The notes beneath the pieces are model-generated. The model was given only the letters and a program-made list of their open reading frames with translations, was not told the DNA's origin and did no database searches. The translations under genes and the position numbers were made by a program. 64,000 bases of DNA from Marispirochaeta sp. (GTDB lineage Bacteria; Spirochaetota; Spirochaetia; JC444; Marispirochaetaceae): positions 352,001 to 416,000 of the forward strand of contig CAXXFF010000003.1 of the NCBI GenBank assembly GCA_963676835.2, given 5' to 3'. Below are positions 31,373 to 39,058 of the stretch, one piece after another. The stretch's first letter is position 1. Every line of letters begins with the position of its first letter.

Positions 31373-32659
31373 ATGGGACAGACAACAGCACAGAAGATCT
31401 TTGCTTCTCACAAAGTTGACCAGCCGGAACCCGGCCGTTATGTTCTTAATCTCGACGCAGTATTCTGCCACGAGATAACCACCCCCGGCGCGATTCTGGA
31501 CCTGGAAAACAGGAAAAAAGACCGGGTATTCGACACCAGCAAGATCAAAGCAGTTATTGACCACGTTACCCCTGCAAAGGATTCAAAAACTGCATTGCAG
31601 GGAAAGATCCTGCGGGAATGGGCACGCCGGCATGATATCAAGGACTTTTTTGATATCGGTAAAAACGGTGTCTGCCACGCAATTTTCCCCGAACAGGGAT
31701 TTGTACGTCCAGGCTATACCATTATCATGGGTGATTCCCATACCTGTACCCACGGGGCTTTCGGTGCCTTTGCTGCCGGGGTTGGAACTACCGACCTGGA
31801 AGTTGGCATTCTCAAGGGAGTCTGTGTCTTTCGTGAACCGGAAACATTGAAGATTGAAGTAAAGGGAAGTCTTCAACCTGGTGTATATGCCAAGGATCTG
31901 ATCCTCAAGATAATCGGAACCATCGGCGTAAACGGCGCAACCGACAAGGTTATAGAATTCCACGGGGATGCCATAACCAGGATGAGCATGGAAAGCCGGA
32001 TGACCCTAAGCAATATGGCCGTTGAGGCTGGAGCAACCTCCGGAATCTGCATGCCCGACCAGACCACGGTAGATTTTCTCTGGCCCTTCATAAAGGATGA
32101 ATTTTCTTCCAAAGAAGCCGCACTTGAGAAATACGGTGAGTTTATCGCCGACGCCGACGCAGACTATGCAGAAACAGTAAGCATAGACGCTGCGGCTATT
32201 GTACCTTTGAGCACCTTCGGATACAAACCCGACCAGGTTAAAGCGGTCGCCGAGTTTGATAATGTGCCTGTGGATCAGGTATATATCGGCTCCTGCACCA
32301 ATGGCCGGCTTGAAGACCTCCGGGAGGCTGCAGCCGTATTAAAGGGCAAAACAGTTCATCCCGATGTTCGGGGAATACTCTCCCCTGCAACACCGACCAT
32401 TTACAAAGATGCCCTGAAAGAAGGTTTGATTGATATTTTCATGGAAGCAGGTTTTTGCGTTACCAACCCCACATGCGGGGCATGTCTCGGCATGAGTAAC
32501 GGAGTTCTGGCAGAAGGCGAATCCTGTGCTTCTACCACAAACAGAAACTTTAACGGACGAATGGGTAAAGGCGGAATGGTGCATCTTATGAGCCCTGCCA
32601 GTGCTGCTGCTACGGCCATTGCCGGAACAATCAGCAACTCACCTTTTTTCAAGGCCTAG
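31373..32659 (+). CDS. leuC: 3-isopropylmalate dehydratase large subunit (short, type-2 aconitase family)
   Basis: GDSHTCTHGAFG, IGSCTNGR, CGACLG, STTNRNFNGRMG; start MGQTTAQK after SD. Confidence 0.88.
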   Translation: MGQTTAQKIFASHKVDQPEPGRYVLNLDAVFCHEITTPGAILDLENRKKDRVFDTSKIKAVIDHVTPAKDSKTALQGKILREWARRHDIKDFFDIGKNGVCHAIFPEQGFVRPGYTIIMGDSHTCTHGAFGAFAAGVGTTDLEVGILKGVCVFREPETLKIEVKGSLQPGVYAKDLILKIIGTIGVNGATDKVIEFHGDAITRMSMESRMTLSNMAVEAGATSGICMPDQTTVDFLWPFIKDEFSSKEAALEKYGEFIADADADYAETVSIDAAAIVPLSTFGYKPDQVKAVAEFDNVPVDQVYIGSCTNGRLEDLREAAAVLKGKTVHPDVRGILSPATPTIYKDALKEGLIDIFMEAGFCVTNPTCGACLGMSNGVLAEGESCASTTNRNFNGRMGKGGMVHLMSPASAAATAIAGTISNSPFFKA

Positions 32660-32696
32660 GCGTCAAAGCTTGAGTCTGCAAGATTTAGGAGTAAAC

Positions 32697-33221
32697 ATGA
32701 AGAATTTTTCAGGTCAGATTCTGTTTCTCGACAGAAGCGATATTAATACAGACGAAATTATCCCCGCAAAATACCTTACAGAAATTACCCGGGAAGCATT
32801 AGGGCCCCATCTGCTGGAAGACCTTATACTCGAAGGATTCGATCCCGCAAATGACATCGACGGTAAAACTGTTGTAGTAACCAGGGACAACTTCGGCTGC
32901 GGTTCATCCAGAGAGCATGCACCATGGGCTCTTGAGGCACGGGATTTCAACATTGTAATTGCAACCGGGTTTGCCCGGATTTTCCGACAGAATATGTACA
33001 ACTGCGGCATGCTCGCGGTGGAAATTTCCAAAGAGAATATGGATGCCGTTTTTAACACCTTTTCCGGAAAAACCGCCAGTGTGGTCACCGATATTGAGAA
33101 GAAAACATTTACCTTTTCCGCAGGTTCGGAGACTATGGAAATATCCTTTGCTCTGAGCGGTTTTGAAGCAGATCTTATCAACGCCGGCGGATGGGTTGAA
33201 TACGCCGACGCCAAGTACTGA
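32697..33221 (+). CDS. leuD: 3-isopropylmalate dehydratase small subunit
   Basis: DINTDEIIP, NFGCGSSREHA, FARIFRQN; SD AGGAG before ATG 32697. Confidence 0.88.
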   Translation: MKNFSGQILFLDRSDINTDEIIPAKYLTEITREALGPHLLEDLILEGFDPANDIDGKTVVVTRDNFGCGSSREHAPWALEARDFNIVIATGFARIFRQNMYNCGMLAVEISKENMDAVFNTFSGKTASVVTDIEKKTFTFSAGSETMEISFALSGFEADLINAGGWVEYADAKY

Positions 33222-33255
33222 GTTTGATATTAGAGCTGCCCTTTTCTTTGATCCG

Positions 33256-33287
33256 GAGACTCTCATTTTGAGAGTCTCTTTTTTTTT
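33256..33287 (+). terminator. Intrinsic terminator of leuCD
   Basis: GAGACTCTCA-TTT-TGAGAGTCTC followed by T9. Confidence 0.75.
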
Positions 33288-33414
33288 ATTTGAAAAACTC
33301 TCTCATTATCTCATATTCTTTGGGCTGGCCGATTATAAACCATTGGCACATCTATCATTGTAAATCATTACATTATAATGTTTTATAAATATTATAACCC
33401 CCATCTCTGAATTC

Positions 33415-33430
33415 TGGCATGCTCTTTGCA
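33415..33430 (+). promoter_or_regulatory. Sigma54 (-24/-12) promoter, lipoprotein operon 1
   Basis: TGGCATGCTCTTTGCA (GG-N10-GC). Confidence 0.75.
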
Positions 33431-33486
33431 CTATATCTGTATAAATCACGAAGCTTCCATAGATACGGAAGCAGGGAGAGAACACC

Positions 33487-34488
33487 ATGACCAGAATAAC
33501 AAACAGGTTTCTACCCGTCATTATTTCCGCAATCGTAATAACACTTCTGTTTTCAGCCTGTGATCAGGCTGGCAGTTCTTCATCGGCAGGAGCAAGTGCG
33601 GACATTGGCGATGTCTCAATCTCACCGGCGGGAGAGTCGGTTCTCATAGCTTGGGAGACAATTTACCCGGAACTCCTCGGTGATGTGGAGATTGTTTATA
33701 CACCCGAGGGCGGATCATCAACCACTGTAACGGTAGATCCTTCAGATGAAGGCATTACTATTTCCGGGTTGACTTCAGATACAAGATACACCATGGAAAT
33801 CCGGGTATTCAGTTCAGACGGCTCACTCATTACCACGGTATACAAAGAGTTTACCCCCGCCTCTTCCGTTACTGTGGCTGATGCAGACGGAAATCCTGTT
33901 TCGCTTAATTTTGTCGATGCCGACGGCGACGGAACCTATGACAATCTCGGCGGAGTTTTCTGGTTCGCTTACGGCCAGGAAATCCCCGATGCAGACAATG
34001 TCTATGAAATCGATATAGACGGTGACGGCGTGACCGATGCCTACCTGATTGTTCAGGAAGATGGTACCTCCAGTATCTCCAGTACAGAAGACGGCACCGG
34101 CAGCGATATTTCGGTTACACAGGATGAATCAGGCAATATTACATCAGTTAATTCGGGTGATACCACATATACGGATTTCGAACGAGGCTCAGTTGGTGTA
34201 ACCATAATTGATCCGCAACTGCCCGAGGTCAGCATCAATGCAGATGCCGGCACCACAACCATTTCCTCCGGTCTTTCAGCAGTATTTACCGCATCTCTTA
34301 ACGGATCATTCGTAATCGAAAGCTGCAGCTGGTACCTGGACGGTGAAATCGTTTCCGGTGAAACCTCAGCAAGCATCTCAATTGACACAAACGGTTTAGA
34401 CAGCGGAATCCACAGCTTATCGGTTATTGCAAGTGTTCAGAGTGAGCACAGCGTATCCGACACCCTGGCATTTACTGTCCAGGATTGA
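33487..34488 (+). CDS. Lipoprotein A1: FN3-like domain, DxDxDG Ca-binding loops, C-terminal Ig-like domain
   Basis: Lipobox LLFSA-C; DADGDGTYD, DIDGDGVTD; paralogue of 37984-39045. Confidence 0.75.
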   Translation: MTRITNRFLPVIISAIVITLLFSACDQAGSSSSAGASADIGDVSISPAGESVLIAWETIYPELLGDVEIVYTPEGGSSTTVTVDPSDEGITISGLTSDTRYTMEIRVFSSDGSLITTVYKEFTPASSVTVADADGNPVSLNFVDADGDGTYDNLGGVFWFAYGQEIPDADNVYEIDIDGDGVTDAYLIVQEDGTSSISSTEDGTGSDISVTQDESGNITSVNSGDTTYTDFERGSVGVTIIDPQLPEVSINADAGTTTISSGLSAVFTASLNGSFVIESCSWYLDGEIVSGETSASISIDTNGLDSGIHSLSVIASVQSEHSVSDTLAFTVQD

Positions 34489-34503
34489 TTGAAGGAGTAA
34501 TTC

Positions 34504-37104
34504 ATGAACTTTTCAACAAGAAAATCTTTGGGCACTTTAATAAAGACAACAGCCCTGTTACTGACTGCACTCTACCTTTTTTCTTCCTGTGCGGACCCCC
34601 TTTCAAGCTCAACCAGTAAATCCGCAGGGACATCTGCAACTACCGGATCTTTGATTATCCGCCTTACTGACGGAACGGATTCTGTGGCCAACACCATTTA
34701 TCCAGACCTGGACAACGCATCTGCGTCGATTGACTCCTACCTTATTACCCTGAGCAGGGAGGGATATAATGACATATCCAGCAGCACAGGAGGTTCCAGT
34801 GCCCTTATCGGTAACCTGGCACCGGGAACCTGGAATGTCGGAATCGATGCATTAAACGCGGAAGGCACAGTTATAGCCCGCGGAAGCGGTGATGCAAATG
34901 TTGTAGCCGGCGTTTCAGGTAATGTTTCCATTGAGCTTGCCTTTCTGGAAGGTGAAGGTTCCGGAACCATAACACTGACCCTTGCTTTTCCTGCAGGTTC
35001 CGTCGCCAGCGTTATCGGTACCCTTGATGGAGAACCCGTCACCTTTACCCTTACAGAAGGGGATGAAAACGGCATAGCCCATGCAACCCTCAATATAGAC
35101 AAGCCCGCAGGCGCATATTCCCTGGTGGCAAAACTTAAAGATTCAGCCAACAGGATCCTTACCACCCTGGTGGAGCAGGTGCATGTTTTCGGCAATATCA
35201 CCGTTGCGGATGAAATCTCCATCGACGCAGCTGAAATAAATGGTCCTCCCCTTGCCCCATCTGCTGTTACGGCTGCGCAAAACGGCATGAATGCAGAGAT
35301 CAGCTGGACCGATAACTCCAATGTGGAAACCTCTCTCGAAATTCAGAGATCCTCAGACTCCGGATCTACATGGTCTACTCTCTCTTCAAGTCTGAATGCA
35401 AATACTGTTTTCTATACCGATTCAGGGGTTGTTGAAAATTTTTCCTACCGCTATAGAGTTCGGGCAGCCAACAGTTTTGGTGCTTCCGACTGGGCTGAAA
35501 GTTCAGACCTGGACATAAGCAGTCTGATATCTCTCACCGATGACACCCTGAGTGCATCAGAGTGGAACTTCTATGAAGGGATTGCCACAACCATCCCTCT
35601 GGCCAATCTTACCAGCAATGACCTCAACAACCTGAACACCGACCCCATCGAAATAATTTCCGTGGACAATGCAGTTAACGGTTCTGTATCCCTTGGTGCG
35701 TCAAGTATAACCTTCACCGGAGCAACGGCCTCTCAGGCTGCAGGCTTTACTTACACCGCCCGTATCCAGGGAACCAGTTACGAAGCATCCGCAACAGTGA
35801 CCATAGAAACCGTAGAAGCAGCTCCCGGCATTATAGCCAACTCAGACGGCCCTTTTGATGTTCAGCAGGGTGGTGAAACCTATCTTACCTTTGCCCAGCT
35901 CCTTCTCAACGACTCTTCAGACAATGCTATCGGCGATAAATGGTTTGTTACCGGCAGCGCTGTCAACTGTTCCGTAGTTGTCAGCGGCACAACCCTTACT
36001 GTAACATCCACCGGTATTGCCTATGTCCCGGCACAATTCAAGTATGAAATTGAAGACAGCCTTGGTCAGACAGCGGAGGGCACAGTTTACCTCAACGTTA
36101 CACCCCTTGCACCTGTAGATGGCTATGTATTTGACGACAGCAGTGCCTTTAACACTTTCAAAGCAAACTACACCCCAATGAGCTTTGCCGACGTCTTTAA
36201 CAACTGGCCCCGCATAAGCGGCACATACTATGGAAGCTCCAGCTACTATGAGACACTGTCCGGTTATAGCGACAGTGCCCTGTCCTGGCAGTATCTGGAA
36301 ACCGATGCGGATGGTGACGGAGACCTTGACCCCAGAGTACTGCAGCCCGACAATGTTTCTCCTGCTGAAGGCTTTGTCTGCCCCGAAGAAAGTGCGCTGG
36401 AAAACTTTACCTTTGAAGCTACCCTTTTCTCCGATAACGCTGACAACGATTCAATCGGGCTTATCATGGCCTTTGAACGTGACGGATCTACCAACAAATA
36501 CCTTGTTGCCCACAGAACAACAAGCGGTAACAGTCCCACTACCGGTTGGGGTATCTCCTACTATGAAGGTTCCAGCTATACAGTCCTGGCCCAGAGTTCA
36601 ACAGACGAAACAGGAGCAGACTACGGATGGGAATCTAAAAAAACCCGGGTTAAGGTTCAGCGTATCGGCGATCTTATCAAAGCATGGATTACCGACTGGG
36701 ATCAGCTAGATACCTACATGCCGGATTCACTCATGGAAATTGACCTTTCAGCCAATACGGTTAATGGAGTATCCGTAGCCAAAGACCTGTCCGTGTTCCA
36801 GGGTGCACAGCAGTGGGGATACTATACCTACAGCCAGCCCTATTCGACCTACCTGGATATCGAAATGTCCGGAGGCTTGAGTGGCGATACCCTCTTCCTG
36901 CTTACCGGCAGTGCCGACACCGACGGCGACAGCATACTTGACCGCTGGACCGGAAGCGAAGTGTGGAAGTACGTCAGCGGCGCCTGGACTGCTCAGGGAT
37001 CACTTTCAATCCAGAGTGAGCTTGGGTATGTGCGGCAGGTGACCAATCCGGAAACAGCAAAAACCTATCTTATAAAAGCCAGCCAGACAGAACTGGTGGA
37101 ATAG
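34504..37104 (+). CDS. Lipoprotein B1: beta-sandwich, FN3 and cadherin-like repeats, C-terminal Ca-binding lectin-like domain
   Basis: Lipobox LFSS-C; FN3 SWTDNSNVE...YRYRVRAANSFG; LLLND repeats; DADGDGDLD; DNDSIGLIMAF; paralogue of 39059-41887. Confidence 0.75.
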   Translation: MNFSTRKSLGTLIKTTALLLTALYLFSSCADPLSSSTSKSAGTSATTGSLIIRLTDGTDSVANTIYPDLDNASASIDSYLITLSREGYNDISSSTGGSSALIGNLAPGTWNVGIDALNAEGTVIARGSGDANVVAGVSGNVSIELAFLEGEGSGTITLTLAFPAGSVASVIGTLDGEPVTFTLTEGDENGIAHATLNIDKPAGAYSLVAKLKDSANRILTTLVEQVHVFGNITVADEISIDAAEINGPPLAPSAVTAAQNGMNAEISWTDNSNVETSLEIQRSSDSGSTWSTLSSSLNANTVFYTDSGVVENFSYRYRVRAANSFGASDWAESSDLDISSLISLTDDTLSASEWNFYEGIATTIPLANLTSNDLNNLNTDPIEIISVDNAVNGSVSLGASSITFTGATASQAAGFTYTARIQGTSYEASATVTIETVEAAPGIIANSDGPFDVQQGGETYLTFAQLLLNDSSDNAIGDKWFVTGSAVNCSVVVSGTTLTVTSTGIAYVPAQFKYEIEDSLGQTAEGTVYLNVTPLAPVDGYVFDDSSAFNTFKANYTPMSFADVFNNWPRISGTYYGSSSYYETLSGYSDSALSWQYLETDADGDGDLDPRVLQPDNVSPAEGFVCPEESALENFTFEATLFSDNADNDSIGLIMAFERDGSTNKYLVAHRTTSGNSPTTGWGISYYEGSSYTVLAQSSTDETGADYGWESKKTRVKVQRIGDLIKAWITDWDQLDTYMPDSLMEIDLSANTVNGVSVAKDLSVFQGAQQWGYYTYSQPYSTYLDIEMSGGLSGDTLFLLTGSADTDGDSILDRWTGSEVWKYVSGAWTAQGSLSIQSELGYVRQVTNPETAKTYLIKASQTELVE

Positions 37105-37121
37105 ATATAACTCTCCCCCTT

Positions 37122-37153
37122 AGGGTGCCCGTCTACAGGGCACCCTTTTTTTT
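37122..37153 (+). terminator. Intrinsic terminator of lipoprotein operon 1
   Basis: AGGGTGCCC-7 nt-GGGCACCCT followed by a T-run. Confidence 0.8.
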
Positions 37154-37285
37154 ACCCCGTCTACCCTGCCAATCCTTCCTATCTTGTTTATAGTCGTGAT
37201 ACTTGTTTTACCTGCCTGCAACTTTTTTTTCTTTGTGTTGCATATCTCCCGCCAATAACCGTACAATCCATACAGGATTTATCGG

Positions 37286-37744
37286 ATGTACACAAAAGAA
37301 CCTGTGATAGAGATAATGACCCGCAATGGAAACGGATATTTTACCGTCAACTGGTCAAAGATACTGACCGGCGATAAATACAGTATTCAAACCGGCGTTC
37401 CATCCATGTCGGGAATTTATGAAATCTACTATAAGGATCATTACGGCAAGCTTGTACTTATGGAGATTAATTTCGCCTGGTACGGCGGAGTTCGGGCGGA
37501 ACTCAGACGTATTACCGATCCCACCCTGGAAGAGGATGCCTCACGGAGGGCTTTCCTTGAGGGAAAGAAACTCTTTTTCCGTTACAGTTTGAGCAGAAGT
37601 ATCAAGGACATGCAGGATACTGTTTTCTTCCTTGCCCAGTCGAATCCTCCGGTGCGGCAGCCGGAAGAGCCCCGGGAACACTCCGGACGCTTCAGGCGTA
37701 TTTACCTTAAAGAAACGTCACCGAACAAGATAACCACAATATAG
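37286..37744 (+). CDS. Hypothetical protein
   Basis: 152-aa ORF with own TTGCAT...TACAAT promoter-like sequence and AGGA; no confident family. Confidence 0.6.
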   Translation: MYTKEPVIEIMTRNGNGYFTVNWSKILTGDKYSIQTGVPSMSGIYEIYYKDHYGKLVLMEINFAWYGGVRAELRRITDPTLEEDASRRAFLEGKKLFFRYSLSRSIKDMQDTVFFLAQSNPPVRQPEEPREHSGRFRRIYLKETSPNKITTI

Positions 37745-37907
37745 GTACATACTACTCGCAAAATGAGAGTCTCTCATAATTTATTGAAAAAGACTCTCAT
37801 TCTATAACCCCACCTCAACATCTCTGCAGCTAACCTCCCCTGCCTTACTAAATATATTTTGTTACAATGTAATACTTTACTTACCCTTAGTTCTCAAATA
37901 TGTGTTT

Positions 37908-37923
37908 TGGCACGATTATTGCA
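37908..37923 (+). promoter_or_regulatory. Sigma54 (-24/-12) promoter, lipoprotein operon 2
   Basis: TGGCACGATTATTGCA, a perfect TGGCACG-N4-TTGCA consensus. Confidence 0.85.
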
Positions 37924-37983
37924 ATTGAATATATAGATTATCAATGAGCGGTCCGGGGGAAAACGACCGCAGGGAGTTATACT

Positions 37984-39045
37984 ATGAAGACAGCAGGGAA
38001 AAGAAAATTCCAGGCTTTGGCTGCAGCACTGGCATTGCTGATATTACTGTTCAGCTGCGATCAGGCAGGAGCCGGATCATCCGGCGGTAGCGGAACATCC
38101 GGTGATGAGGCAACATCTGGCGTGGCTCAGATTACCGACCTCACCATCTCACCACTGTATGATTCAGTACTCATCACCTGGATTTCAGAAAACACTGAAC
38201 TTCTGGGTGAAATGGAAATTACCTACTACACCGAAAATGGTCAGCAAATGACAAAGACCATACAGATTTCAAACGGGGAAGTGACCATTCCCAACCTTAC
38301 CCGCGGAGCTGAATATTCCATGGAAATACAGGTAAAAGATGCCGATGGTAATCTCCTTACCACTCTTTATCGTTCATTCTGCCCGAAGGATTCAATTGAT
38401 CTGACTGTTACAGATACAGCTACGGGTTCTGAAACCTCTATTTCCCTTGATTTTGAAGATCCCGATGATAACGGAACCATTGATAACATCGGTGGTGTTT
38501 TCTGGTTTACCGCAGGCCAGGAAGTTCCGGATCCGGACAATATTTACGATATCGACCTGGATGGTGACGGAGTAACCGATTGCTACCTTACTATTGCAGA
38601 AGATGGCACAATGTCTCTCTCCACCAACGAAGATGGAACCGGCGAAGAGATAATGGTTACTGTAGATGACGCTGCCGCGGATCCTGTCAGTATCTCCTCT
38701 GTAAGCATCGGAACAGATATATACACCGATTTTGACCGTGGGCATCTGGATGTAATCATAGTAGATCCCTCCTATCCGGAAGTGACAATTACCACTGAAT
38801 CCGGTCTCTATGTTTTCGAAGCAGGAGATCTCATTACCTTTAATGCTACAGCTAATGAAGGCTTTACCATTTCTGCATGCGAATGGATTCTCGATGGAGT
38901 AAGTGTAATCAGTAACACTACAGTTCCGCTTCAGGTGCAAACTACGGGCTTCACTCCGGGAAGTGTACACACAATGCATGTTTTCGCTGATATGACAAAC
39001 GGAGACTCTGTTTCCGATACCCTGTTTTTCTGGATCCAGGGTTAA
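37984..39045 (+). CDS. Lipoprotein A2 (paralogue of A1)
   Basis: Lipobox LLFS-C; shared DNIGGVFWF, DIDLDGDGVTD, YTDFDRG, SVSDTL motifs. Confidence 0.75.
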   Translation: MKTAGKRKFQALAAALALLILLFSCDQAGAGSSGGSGTSGDEATSGVAQITDLTISPLYDSVLITWISENTELLGEMEITYYTENGQQMTKTIQISNGEVTIPNLTRGAEYSMEIQVKDADGNLLTTLYRSFCPKDSIDLTVTDTATGSETSISLDFEDPDDNGTIDNIGGVFWFTAGQEVPDPDNIYDIDLDGDGVTDCYLTIAEDGTMSLSTNEDGTGEEIMVTVDDAAADPVSISSVSIGTDIYTDFDRGHLDVIIVDPSYPEVTITTESGLYVFEAGDLITFNATANEGFTISACEWILDGVSVISNTTVPLQVQTTGFTPGSVHTMHVFADMTNGDSVSDTLFFWIQG

Positions 39046-39058
39046 TAAGGAGATAGCA

